A stretch of 64,000 nt of DNA from Candidatus Culexmicrobium cathedralense (GCA_025061115.1 JANZKC010000001.1:544001-608000); one strand, 5' to 3'; positions 50,286-60,326 are shown, counted from the first letter of the stretch. Numbers and translations are program-made. Notes: generated from the letters alone by a model not told the origin.

Positions 50286-52958
50286 ATGAACTCCAAGGGT
50301 AGAGCGGCGATGCAAATGAAGAAGACCTTAATCGGATTAGCACTACTAGCACTAACAGTAATATCGACCCTACCAGTAGCTCAGCTAGCAGCAGCCCAAA
50401 CCACCCAGCCAGCCCTCAAGCAATGGAGGACAAAGGGCTGGAAAGCCATTGAGACGGACGTCGTCACAATAATATTCCCAGCAGGAGGAAAGCACCCAAT
50501 ATTCATCTGGTACTACAACAGGGACAACAAGACAATCCACGTAGTTCACTTCAAGGGAATGTGGGACTACTTTACAATCGACGTTCCCCACCTAATAGAG
50601 TTCAGGAGAAACCTGAACTTCACAGCTGAATTGGTCAACAAAACCATAACCTCCAAGCTCATAAGAAGGGCAATTGAAATCGAAAGACTGCACAGGTGGC
50701 TTCAACTACACTTAAACAAAACAGCGGAGAAAGCCAGGCAGCTAAGCCTAGAGCTGGAGGAGGCAGCAAATGCAACTCGCGCAATCAAAGAAAGATTCGA
50801 GCGAGCCTGGCAGATACGCATGAGAATAATGAACGAAACAAGAAATATCGTAAGGGAATGCTATGAAGCCATCAAAAGCATAAACAACTTCAACGAAAGC
50901 CTAAGGGGATTAAAGGAGGAATGCGGTCAAGGCGGCTGCGACATATCATTAAAAGTTTCAACAATGAAGGCGTTCACCAAGCAATTAGCAATCAAGATCG
51001 CGGAAAGACTGCTGTTAATGCTGAATCAAACCATGGAATTAAACGCAACAATGCTTAGAAGCCGAATGCATGAAATGGACGTGGAAATAGGCGAAATGAT
51101 CGGCTTATTGAATTCAGTTACAAGCGAATTGAATGCAACTGACAGCATCATCCAATCATTCTTCGGCCCCGGACACCACCTCCTACAGAGGATAAGGCAG
51201 AGAATCAGCAAGTGCAGAAGCCACCTAGCCGAGATCTCTGAAAAGCTAAGCTTAATCCGCAGCGTAACTCGATTAGCAATGGAAGAGGCAGATGAATTGG
51301 AGGATGAAATACGTGAAGCGCGCAAGCACTTTGAGCATGCAAGCAAAGTAGTTAAAGTGATCAGGGAAGTAATGCATGAACTGAAAGCCGACCTAGAAGA
51401 GGGAGCTGCAAACTACACAGACCTACAAAACATCGTCAACGTTGCTCTAAACGCTTCAATCAACATTTCACACGTCCTACAAGTATTAAACAAATTAAAT
51501 GTAACCACAGACGTTGAGGTTGCAGCGTCGCTGGCAAGGCAATTGGACCTCAACGTAAGCAAAGTCAAATCGTTCATAATCAATATTGAAAAGAACATCT
51601 CCAAAGCAATGGGCAGGTGTCATGAAGAGGCCGAGAAAGCAAGGCAAATGATGGAGAACATAAAGGGAATGGTTGCAGCGTGGAAAGCCAAGTGGCGCCC
51701 ACCATTCTTCCACTTCGCCTCTGGATTCTGGAACCTAACCGACGTAGGGCCAATAACGGCAGAGGATGGAACTGAAATAGGAGTGACGTTCACATACAAG
51801 CTAACCTACGTTCCAAATCCCCACTTCAAATTCCTCGAAGACAACCTAATGATCAGGTGCAGGTTCTACTATGTGCCAGTAAAGGAGGAAGTTGGCAACG
51901 TAACCTACACGGTAACCAAGGCGGAGCTTAAAATGGACTTCGTCCTAAGCAAGTGGAATTGGATACTGGATGAAATCAAGGAAGCACTAGAGGAGTACGG
52001 CGTCAAAGTAAATGGAACCGAAGGACTTGCACTATGGATAGACGCAGCATCACTCAACCTGGAAAGGCTACGGAAACACAACATGACAATCGTGGAGGCA
52101 GGAGAGAAAATTGCTACGGCAGCTGCAAGGGCAAGCATATTAACTCACGTAAACGCAGTGGGAAGAGAAGTAAAGGTTAACGTAAACGTGAAGGTTAACG
52201 CCACCAAGGAGTATGAAAGGCCGCTGCCAATACCGAGGGAGCTAGGCGAACACCTGAAAATCAGATTCCTATCGGAAAACGAAACTCTAGGAGGATTCTT
52301 CAAATTCATAAACGTTGCAACAGTAACCTATCCAAATGGAACTAGGGAAACAGTTGACGTCAAAGCATCATACTTGGAGGCAGGCGGAGCACTAAGAATA
52401 TTCATATGCTACCCATACTTCGATGGAGGAATATTGGAGCACGATCCAAGCATAGGACTTGAAGTGGAGGAAACCACAACGCCCGAAGCCCTAAACCCAA
52501 TCTACACGCTACAAGCTCCAACGGCAGGGGAGCTTGAACCAACATCCGCTCTAATAATAATGGCAGCAACGCCAAAAGCCACAGAAATCACGGCAACCCA
52601 TGGAGAAACCATAGAGGTGGAAGTAGCACTAAAAGACGCATATGGAAGGCCAGTTGAATCGGCAAGCGTTGAAGTAACAATTGCAGGAACTACATATACA
52701 GCAACTGAAGTTGAGCCAGGAGTATACGCTGCAAGCATACCAACTGAAGACCTGTCACCCGGAAAGTACGTTGCAGAAGTAGAGGCCAGCAAGGAAGGAT
52801 ACTCATTAGCAGAGGCTTCCATCAACATAGTCATAAATCCAAAGCCGCCTGCCCAGCTAATAGTTGGATTCGAAACGGTAGTCATGACTGCAGTAGCAAT
52901 AGGAGCAATTGCAACCGCAATCATAGTAACCAAGAAAAGAGCGGGAAAGAAAGTTTGA
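50286..52958 (+). CDS. Large membrane-anchored surface glycoprotein with long helical/coiled-coil insert
   Basis: Signal peptide, about 23 N-x-S/T sequons, Ig-like segment (LKDAYGRPVESASV..PGKY), C-terminal TM plus basic tail. Confidence 0.8.
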   Translation: MNSKGRAAMQMKKTLIGLALLALTVISTLPVAQLAAAQTTQPALKQWRTKGWKAIETDVVTIIFPAGGKHPIFIWYYNRDNKTIHVVHFKGMWDYFTIDVPHLIEFRRNLNFTAELVNKTITSKLIRRAIEIERLHRWLQLHLNKTAEKARQLSLELEEAANATRAIKERFERAWQIRMRIMNETRNIVRECYEAIKSINNFNESLRGLKEECGQGGCDISLKVSTMKAFTKQLAIKIAERLLLMLNQTMELNATMLRSRMHEMDVEIGEMIGLLNSVTSELNATDSIIQSFFGPGHHLLQRIRQRISKCRSHLAEISEKLSLIRSVTRLAMEEADELEDEIREARKHFEHASKVVKVIREVMHELKADLEEGAANYTDLQNIVNVALNASINISHVLQVLNKLNVTTDVEVAASLARQLDLNVSKVKSFIINIEKNISKAMGRCHEEAEKARQMMENIKGMVAAWKAKWRPPFFHFASGFWNLTDVGPITAEDGTEIGVTFTYKLTYVPNPHFKFLEDNLMIRCRFYYVPVKEEVGNVTYTVTKAELKMDFVLSKWNWILDEIKEALEEYGVKVNGTEGLALWIDAASLNLERLRKHNMTIVEAGEKIATAAARASILTHVNAVGREVKVNVNVKVNATKEYERPLPIPRELGEHLKIRFLSENETLGGFFKFINVATVTYPNGTRETVDVKASYLEAGGALRIFICYPYFDGGILEHDPSIGLEVEETTTPEALNPIYTLQAPTAGELEPTSALIIMAATPKATEITATHGETIEVEVALKDAYGRPVESASVEVTIAGTTYTATEVEPGVYAASIPTEDLSPGKYVAEVEASKEGYSLAEASINIVINPKPPAQLIVGFETVVMTAVAIGAIATAIIVTKKRAGKKV

Positions 52959-52960
52959 AT

Positions 52961-53884
52961 TCACCTAAAAACCCTTTTCTTTTTACGGCTTGAAGATTTA
53001 TGGTCGGTTTTAAATTTCAATTCAACAACATCACCAACAATAAAGCTCCAAGAAGAAGGCTTAATCACTTTAAGTAGAGGCTTATTAAAGTAGCTTCCAA
53101 CACCCCTAACCCTCAAACCCCCAACATAAACTTCACACAAAGCCTTGAAAAGGGAATAGCAGCTAAAGCCCCGATAAACCTCTCCAACCACGCTGCCCAA
53201 AGCATCAACAAGCCTAAAGCCAGCTGGAAGCGCCAAATTGAGGGCAGCGCCATAACCATAGTGGGGCAAGCCTCCATCAACAAATGCAGCTTCACCATCA
53301 GCATATAGAGCCAAGCCGCACCTCATAAAGCCTCCACAATCAGATGGTCTAAGCCACACGTAGCATCCGCAATCCTCGTAAACTGTGTAGAGGCTGCCAA
53401 TGCAGCTCGGCTTTGAAATTAAGCGAACAGCTGGACTAACATCAAGTTCAAATGCCCCTAAAGCCCTCTTCGCATCATCTGGAGGGCGCACCTCAATGTG
53501 CATGTGCAAGTCAGACCAAGGGGAGAAGTAGCCCGAAGTCCAAAGCACGCCAAGATAATCCCCAAGAGAAACCCTCTCACCAGGTTTAACCTTAGGCTTA
53601 ACGTGAAGTATTTTTAAGACAGCATCATCCCCAACCCTAATGATAGTTAGGTAGTCGAAGCCATCTGCATCCCTCCTAAACCTCGGGCACTCAAACTTCT
53701 CAACCTCCAAAACAACGCCTTCCTCAGCAGGGAAGAGAGCCTCCAAATCCGGAAAGTAGATGTCAATTGCAGATGAAGACTTGTGGGCAGGATATGGACT
53801 ATTGAAAAAGCTAAACCAGCAGCTGCTTGGAACCTTAACCTCCAAACCCCTACACTTCGCAATGGTGACGTACATGCCCACCAC
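52961..53884 (-). CDS. Conserved archaeal protein with M23-peptidase-like motifs
   Basis: SPYPAH...AIDIY, KILHVKP, HMHIEVR. Confidence 0.6.
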   Translation of the reverse strand: MVGMYVTIAKCRGLEVKVPSSCWFSFFNSPYPAHKSSSAIDIYFPDLEALFPAEEGVVLEVEKFECPRFRRDADGFDYLTIIRVGDDAVLKILHVKPKVKPGERVSLGDYLGVLWTSGYFSPWSDLHMHIEVRPPDDAKRALGAFELDVSPAVRLISKPSCIGSLYTVYEDCGCYVWLRPSDCGGFMRCGLALYADGEAAFVDGGLPHYGYGAALNLALPAGFRLVDALGSVVGEVYRGFSCYSLFKALCEVYVGGLRVRGVGSYFNKPLLKVIKPSSWSFIVGDVVELKFKTDHKSSSRKKKRVFR

Positions 53885-54019
53885 AATCGATTAACCGTGA
53901 TTAGCAATCAAGTGATACGCAGATAAGTATTTAAGACAACTTCGAATCGTAACCTATTTATTATGACAGAAACAGCTATACTACGGTGATTCGACTATTA
54001 ATGAAGGAGGATTCGACTA

Positions 54020-55225
54020 TTGACGATAAAACCCGTAATCGTTGGAGCAGGTAGAACCTCATTCGGAGAGCACTACGAGGAAAACCCCGAGGAACTAATT
54101 GAGGAAGCAGGGCTAAGAGCCCTGGAAGCCGCGGGAATCGAAAGGAAAGATCTAGATGCAGTCTTCATAGCAGATTACTTCCTCCAAGTCACCAACAAAA
54201 TCGGGCTGGAGGAGGGATTCATCTCAGAGCTGCTTGAAATCAACGTTCCAATGGAAACCCTGCGATCATTTAGCTCAGCGCTCTCCTACGCATGCAATGC
54301 AATTGAAGCAGGAAGATTCAACGTCGTCCTCGTAGGTGGAGTTGAAAAGATGACCGACAGGCTCGACAAGATAAGAGATGACCTAATGATGCTTGGAGAC
54401 CCATGGAGCTACTACGCTGGAGGAACCCCCGAAGCATTCCACGAACTAATGCTCAGAGAATACGTTAAAAAGCACGGAATATCCGGAGGCGACTACGAGA
54501 AGCTGCTGAAGGCATTGGCATTCATTTCATCAAAGAACCACGAATACGGATCCACCAATCCGCTCGCCCACTTCTACGGAAGGAGGATAAGCGTTGAAGA
54601 CGTCATCAAAATGAGGAAGAGGAGCGGAAGCATCCTAGGCCTATACGACTTCGCCCCAATATCAGATGGAGCCTCAGCAATAATAGTAGTAAGCTCGAAC
54701 GTAGCCAGCAAAATAGCGGATGAAGGATTGCTAATAGCTGGAAGAGGATGCGCAACCGACTACATATCCTACTTCGCAAGGGAGGAAAAGGCAGGATTCA
54801 AATCCACCAGAAAGGCAGCTGCAAAAGCATTTGAAGAGGCAGAAGCGTCAGTCAAGGACATCGAGCTAGCAGAGGTTTACGACCAATCAACGCTTCTGGA
54901 GCTCACCACGCTTGAAGACCTGAAGCTCTGCGAAGCAGGAAAAGCGTGGGAAGTAATTTACGGAAGCTGCGAAGCAGGAAAGCTCACCTACAACATCAAT
55001 GGGAAGGAAATATACGTAAACACCAATGGAGGGCTAAAAGCCGACGGCAACCCATTGGGAGCAACTGGAGGAGCACAAGTATGCGAAGCATACACGCAGC
55101 TACTTGAAAAAGCCGGCGCAAGGCAAGTCCAATTCAGCAGCAAAGACCCCCACGCATTAACCGTAGAGCTTGAAGGCTTTGGAACCAAATCATACGTCTA
55201 CATATTTAGGAGGTGGAGAGGTTGA
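54020..55225 (+). CDS. Thiolase-fold protein lacking canonical catalytic residues
   Basis: VGGVEKMTD, APISDGASA, AEVYD, VNTNGGLKADGNPLGATG; no ACAS Cys motif. Confidence 0.85.
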   Translation: MTIKPVIVGAGRTSFGEHYEENPEELIEEAGLRALEAAGIERKDLDAVFIADYFLQVTNKIGLEEGFISELLEINVPMETLRSFSSALSYACNAIEAGRFNVVLVGGVEKMTDRLDKIRDDLMMLGDPWSYYAGGTPEAFHELMLREYVKKHGISGGDYEKLLKALAFISSKNHEYGSTNPLAHFYGRRISVEDVIKMRKRSGSILGLYDFAPISDGASAIIVVSSNVASKIADEGLLIAGRGCATDYISYFAREEKAGFKSTRKAAAKAFEEAEASVKDIELAEVYDQSTLLELTTLEDLKLCEAGKAWEVIYGSCEAGKLTYNINGKEIYVNTNGGLKADGNPLGATGGAQVCEAYTQLLEKAGARQVQFSSKDPHALTVELEGFGTKSYVYIFRRWRG

Positions 55226-56730
55226 GCTCCGAGCCAATTGAGAGGAGAGTTAGCTACATAGCAGACAGGCTTAGGGGAAGCGAATGCACCCTATGCGGAA
55301 GAAGGTACTTCAAGCCAAGAGACTACTGCGGAAAATGCGGTAGGAAGAGCTTCGGAAAAATGAGGGAAATAAACTTCTTCTACTCCAAAGGCGTGGTGGA
55401 AGTATGTACCATCATCATGGAAGCCACCAACAGATTCAGAATGCTAGCCCCATTCATATATGGAATAGTATCCTTCAATGGAGTTAAAGTTCCAGGAAGA
55501 CTAACCGACTACATACCTGAAGGGGAATTCGACCCAGCCAAGTTCGAGGGAAGAGAAGTTGTAGCTAGATTTAGAAGGAGGTACTCGGCCAGGCCCGAAG
55601 ACATAATTCCAACATCATCGCTCACATTCACCTTCGCAGACGAATACTACCCATACATGGAGTACAAGGTTGAAAAGCCGAAGGAGTACTCGGAAAAGCC
55701 GGGAATAGTAGGATATGGCCTATACACTTCAAGATTCAGAATTAGGGAAGGCAGAATGGAGAGGTCAGTCCCATTCCTAGATGAAGACGCCATAACAGCT
55801 GCAGTTGAAGCAGGAAAAATAGCGCTCATCCACTCAGCATTAGACAGCAAGCTCATAAGGAAAATCTACGTGGGATCAGAGTCAAATCCATATGCAGTCA
55901 AGCCAATAGCCTCCAAAGTCGCCCAAGTCCTAGACCTAGGCGAAGACCTCGGAGATGCAGTTAAGGGAGTAGACGCAATAGACACCGAATTCGCATGCAA
56001 AGCAGCTACAAGCATGTTCAAAGACGCAGCAGCACTTACAAGCTACATGAACAATCTAGGCGAAGACTACTTCGCAATGGTTATCGGAGCAGACAACTCC
56101 CAAGCAGCACCAAGATGGGCTCCAGGAGGAGAGCTCGACTACTTCGTTGGATTTGGAGCAGCAGCATTCATAATCGGCAATCGAGACGTCATAGCTGAAA
56201 TAGAAGGATGGTACTCATGCACCTCAGACACCCCGGACTTCTGGAGGAGAGACGGGCAGAAATACCCCATGCACGGAGGAAGATTCACAGGCGAGCCAGC
56301 CTACTTCAAGCACATAATTAAAGCTGCTAAAGCCCTCATGGACAAAATGAGGCTAAAGCCAAGCGACATAGAATACTTCGTCCCCCACCAGCCAAACGCT
56401 AGATTCCCACTCAAAGCAGCCAAGAGGCTTGGATTCAAGAACGAGCAGTGCCTACCCGCACTTAAAGTTGTAAACTTCGGAAACCTATACTCAGGCTCCT
56501 CGCCGGCAGGACTCGCGGCAGTGCTTGACATAGCCAAGCCATACGAAAAAATACTCCTAGTAAGCTACGGCTCAGGAGCAGGAAGCGACGCGTACCTACT
56601 AACCGTAACGCCAAAAATAGTTGAAAAGCGGAAGAGGACGGAGAAGTTCAACGTGAAGTGGCAGGTTCAAAACCCATACCTAAAGTACATAGACTACAGC
56701 ACCTACAGAAAGTTCAAAGAGGGAATTTAA
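55213..56730 (+). CDS. DUF35 (Zn-ribbon/OB)-HMG-CoA synthase fusion
   Basis: N-terminal CTLCG..PRDYCGKC + OB fold; C-terminal GSESNPYAVKP, EFACKA, DTPDFWRR, HQPN, SYGSGAGSD. Confidence 0.9.
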   Translation: MERLSSEPIERRVSYIADRLRGSECTLCGRRYFKPRDYCGKCGRKSFGKMREINFFYSKGVVEVCTIIMEATNRFRMLAPFIYGIVSFNGVKVPGRLTDYIPEGEFDPAKFEGREVVARFRRRYSARPEDIIPTSSLTFTFADEYYPYMEYKVEKPKEYSEKPGIVGYGLYTSRFRIREGRMERSVPFLDEDAITAAVEAGKIALIHSALDSKLIRKIYVGSESNPYAVKPIASKVAQVLDLGEDLGDAVKGVDAIDTEFACKAATSMFKDAAALTSYMNNLGEDYFAMVIGADNSQAAPRWAPGGELDYFVGFGAAAFIIGNRDVIAEIEGWYSCTSDTPDFWRRDGQKYPMHGGRFTGEPAYFKHIIKAAKALMDKMRLKPSDIEYFVPHQPNARFPLKAAKRLGFKNEQCLPALKVVNFGNLYSGSSPAGLAAVLDIAKPYEKILLVSYGSGAGSDAYLLTVTPKIVEKRKRTEKFNVKWQVQNPYLKYIDYSTYRKFKEGI

Positions 56731-56736
56731 GGCCCC

Positions 56737-57975
56737 TTAAGACCTCAACTCTTTTTGCTTAATAATCAAGTCAACCGAGGGGTAGGGGGAGCCGGCCATC
56801 CCATGAAGGAAGGCTCCCCCACTCAAGCACACCGTCCCGCCTGTGCTGGTAATAATCCTATCCAACCCGTACTTCACTATTTCGGCGGTAGTATCGCCGC
56901 CGAGAAATATCAAGCCGCTGCCTGCAATCCGCTTAGTCAGGATTATGCCGTGATTATAGCCCCTCTCATAAACTCCAAGCGGGCCAGCCCTAATCCTAAT
57001 GGTCTTCTCCTGAAGCTTCTCAGCATATAGGTCGACGGTCTCCATGCCAATATCCATGATGACTCCATTACTCTTGCTCAACTCGTTTATTGAGACCTCC
57101 CTATTCTCCCCATTCTCCAAAACGACGAAGTCAACTGGATGATAAATCTTGAACTTCCTAACAAGCATCCTAGCAACATCAAATATTTCAGGAGAAAACT
57201 TCTCCTCCAAAAACCTATTATTCCTCGGCCCCAAGTCATACCCCTTAACCCTAGCAATAAGCTGGCCGGGCAAACCGCCAGTAAAAGCATCCATTTTAGA
57301 GAGAATTGAAACCAAGTAATTCGTCTTAGCAAGCTTAGCGCCACCCATAATAATGCCGCAGTCGCCGGCAGGCTCATGCAAAACCTCACTCAAAGCCTTC
57401 AACTCATAAACAGACCTAACTCCAACCCAAGTTGGAGCAATGTATGGCAATGCCATCAAGCTTGTGTGAGCCCTATGCCAAACGGGCATTGCATCATTAA
57501 CGCAGCTCTTAATCACACCCTTAAAGAACTTGATGTAACTTGAAGTTGAAGGATCAAACTCATATTCGCTCTTAAACATCCTAACATTGTCAAGGAGGAG
57601 AATTTCGCCGGCCCTAAGCTCCCTAATCCTACGCCTAGTCTCCTCAGTAAACACCTTATCGGCTGGAATGAAGTCGATGTCAATTTTAGTGGGTAGAAGC
57701 CGCCTCAAAACAATCCAATGCTGCTTCAAGCTAATGAAGTCCTTATTTCCAGGCCTCCCCTGATGAGCAGTTACAACCAGCCCAGCATACTCGGAAAGCA
57801 GCTCCAAAACATGGGCATAAGCAATTATCCTCATATTATCCTCCATGATCCTGCCGCCAACAACAGGAATGTTAATGTCGATCCTAACAAGGGTTGGAGA
57901 ATTTAGCTGAGAAGCCAAGTTAACCAGCCAATAATCCCTAGTAGCCTTATAGTAGTCGACCCCCACAACCACCAC
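56737..57975 (-). CDS. Divergent phosphoglycerate kinase-family protein
   Basis: RIDINIP, HQGRP, LLDNVR, NDA..HRAH, GGAK, GPLGVYE, GGDT. Confidence 0.75.
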   Translation of the reverse strand: MVVVGVDYYKATRDYWLVNLASQLNSPTLVRIDINIPVVGGRIMEDNMRIIAYAHVLELLSEYAGLVVTAHQGRPGNKDFISLKQHWIVLRRLLPTKIDIDFIPADKVFTEETRRRIRELRAGEILLLDNVRMFKSEYEFDPSTSSYIKFFKGVIKSCVNDAMPVWHRAHTSLMALPYIAPTWVGVRSVYELKALSEVLHEPAGDCGIIMGGAKLAKTNYLVSILSKMDAFTGGLPGQLIARVKGYDLGPRNNRFLEEKFSPEIFDVARMLVRKFKIYHPVDFVVLENGENREVSINELSKSNGVIMDIGMETVDLYAEKLQEKTIRIRAGPLGVYERGYNHGIILTKRIAGSGLIFLGGDTTAEIVKYGLDRIITSTGGTVCLSGGAFLHGMAGSPYPSVDLIIKQKELRS

Positions 57976-58075
57976 CTATATTTACGTCTGTATATATAAC
58001 TTAAAAGTCTTCCCGCCAACCGAAGACAGCAAGAACTTTAAACCCAAAATTGAAAGGAAAAACGGAGGAAAAGCA

Positions 58076-58639
58076 ATGGGCAGATTCGAAGTAATGGCAC
58101 TCCTACAAGCAGCAAGATACTACCTACTATCAGGAGACAGGGAAAAGGCATACTCATTTGGACTCAACAGAGCAATATTCTACGCATGGGCCAAGCACAA
58201 AGGCAAATTCCAAGCAAAAGTAAGAAAGCGCAGACTAACCAAGCCAATTGAGCAGGTAAAGGAGGGAGACAAAATAATGGTATACTTTGGAGATGAAGGA
58301 GCATTCATATCACCTAGAGGATGGTTCATGATTGGAAACATTGAGCAGAGACCAGAGGACTTCAAGAGACAGGTAATTTACAAAATAAATACGCAGGTAC
58401 CCTTCGAAAAAGCATGGAAAGCTGCAATAAATTATGTAAGTAAATTCGGCAAGAATACCTTACTTAGTCAACAAAAATTTTATGAGAAAGTATATAAGCC
58501 AGTTAGAGATAACTTCCTGAACCTAATCAGCAGCCAAGCAACTTCTTCTAAAAACAAAATTCAAGACTTATCAAAATTTATAAAAAATCAGACAAAAGCA
58601 ACTAAAGAAGAAGCTAAAGTGCCAGAAAAACCCAATTAG
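58076..58639 (+). CDS. Hypothetical protein
   Basis: 187-aa ORF, GGAGG SD, TTTAAA promoter-like element upstream. Confidence 0.75.
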   Translation: MGRFEVMALLQAARYYLLSGDREKAYSFGLNRAIFYAWAKHKGKFQAKVRKRRLTKPIEQVKEGDKIMVYFGDEGAFISPRGWFMIGNIEQRPEDFKRQVIYKINTQVPFEKAWKAAINYVSKFGKNTLLSQQKFYEKVYKPVRDNFLNLISSQATSSKNKIQDLSKFIKNQTKATKEEAKVPEKPN

Positions 58640-58830
58640 GCTTCTAAAAACGTAAAAACGGCCCTAGGACGCTTCTCATAGTTCCCCATTCACGCACACA
58701 CAGTTAAGACACTCACAGAATCAGGGCATAAAGTAGTTAACTAGATTTAGGAAAGGATATATCTTATAGAGAAGAGATATTAATATTAGAATACCATCCT
58801 CTACAAATAATATTGTAGGGGTTGTTTTAC

Positions 58831-59850
58831 ATGCCCCTTATTAGTATCTACGGAACAGTATATAATAATGCTTACATAATAGAAAACTCTATATCCTCTC
58901 TAATCAGAGCATTACGTGATTTCGAAGAAAGATATGAGCTAGTTATCGTGGAAAACTACTCTACTGACGGAACTTGGGAAAAGTTACTAAAGATAAAGAA
59001 ACAATACGAAAACCTGAGACTCTTTAGATATAAATGTAGCAGAGGAAAGGGAAGAGATATAGCTCTTAGACAAACTACAGGCGACTTTGTCATGTACCTA
59101 GATTTTGATTGTCTATTTAGTCGCGAGCTTGGGATGATCGTTGAGAGACTATCTAAACTCTGCATGAAAGGAGAAATATGGAACTTCGGCTTCTCGACTA
59201 GAGAAACTATGATAGAGCAGATTGGCGGATGGAAAGATTTAAACTTTGGCGAAGACTGGGAACTTCTCGGAAGAGCGATTAAAAGAGATGTAAAAATAAA
59301 AATCATTCCAGTGAGACGACCCATTCGAAATATAAGGACGACTGAAAACGGAGTATATGGAGAGAGAAGGTATACTCGAGGTACAACATCCTATCTATCA
59401 AGGAAATTACGAAACCTTCGAGACACAGTAATTGGATGGAATTTAAACCCTGCTCATGTAATTTACTCTAACGATAATCTAGCAAGACCTAGCACGTTCA
59501 TGCTATTAATCCTCTCCGCAATCTATAGCTTTACTTTTAGTAATGATCCGCAACATATTAAGTACAAAGTGTACGCAAATACAGAGTACCTACTTCCAGA
59601 AGAAGTAGGCTTGCCTAAAGAATGGTTTTACATTAAATGGGAAAATATTGATCAAACATGGTCAGTAGTGGTTAAACACGTTAAGGAGTTCATCAGAAAG
59701 GATAAAAGAATCCATTTTGCAATACTTCCATTTAGGAAGCTACTAATCTGTTTCAGAGAATATGAAGTATTTAAGAAAAGCTTAGAGGAACATACGTTTT
59801 ACCCATCTTGTGAAAGAATAGGAAAAATTATACTTAAACAATATTTTTGA
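58831..59850 (+). CDS. Family 2 glycosyltransferase (AT-rich)
   Basis: ISIYGTVYN, VENYSTDGT, YLDFD, GEDWE. Confidence 0.85.
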   Translation: MPLISIYGTVYNNAYIIENSISSLIRALRDFEERYELVIVENYSTDGTWEKLLKIKKQYENLRLFRYKCSRGKGRDIALRQTTGDFVMYLDFDCLFSRELGMIVERLSKLCMKGEIWNFGFSTRETMIEQIGGWKDLNFGEDWELLGRAIKRDVKIKIIPVRRPIRNIRTTENGVYGERRYTRGTTSYLSRKLRNLRDTVIGWNLNPAHVIYSNDNLARPSTFMLLILSAIYSFTFSNDPQHIKYKVYANTEYLLPEEVGLPKEWFYIKWENIDQTWSVVVKHVKEFIRKDKRIHFAILPFRKLLICFREYEVFKKSLEEHTFYPSCERIGKIILKQYF

Positions 59851-60080
59851 AACTAAGTCTATATATTTTTGGTATATATAGTAAGGAGTGCATCACCAGT
59901 GGTGAACCTATTTTCATAGAGTCATCTGGGGAGCTTCTCCTTGTAAGTTCGTCTAATTTTCTTTTCCTGAACTATCATACGCGCTAGGCGTTCTAAATGG
60001 CAATTCAACTTCAAGCACAAACTTAAAGTTAATAGATCTTGCAATAATCATATACTTCGTAAGCGGAACAGGTTCTTCGG

Positions 60081-60200
60081 CTGATCTTAAAATATAAAAC
60101 AATAGACGATAGAGACCTCCTAATAGGAGCTACAGTAATAGTTCACACATTCTAATACTAACTAAAAAATCACGAACACGTCAATAGATAAAAAATATAG
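60081..60200 (+). pseudogene. Degraded VapC/PIN toxin fragment
   Basis: KTIDDRDLLIGATVIVH followed, after frameshifts and stops, by LILTK..NHEHVNR, the C-terminal PIN pattern. Confidence 0.5.
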
Positions 60201-60250
60201 ATTAAAGCTGCTTTAGACGCTAAAATTTCAATTTAACTTGTAAGAATTAT

Positions 60251-60326
60251 TGGTAGCCGGGGGGAGATTCGAACTCCCGTCGGCGGGGCCAAAGCCCGCC
60301 ATGCTTGGCCGCTACACCACCCGGCT
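60251..60326 (-). tRNA. tRNA-Gln(UUG), intron-less, CCA encoded
   Basis: AGCCGGG acceptor stem with A1-U72, anticodon arm GCGGG-CTTTGGC-CCCGC, T-arm GGGAG-TTCGAAT-CTCCC; 76 nt. Confidence 0.97.

Noticed and set aside
60251-60326. Intron in tRNA-Gln
   Set aside because: The 76-nt cloverleaf folds without extra sequence
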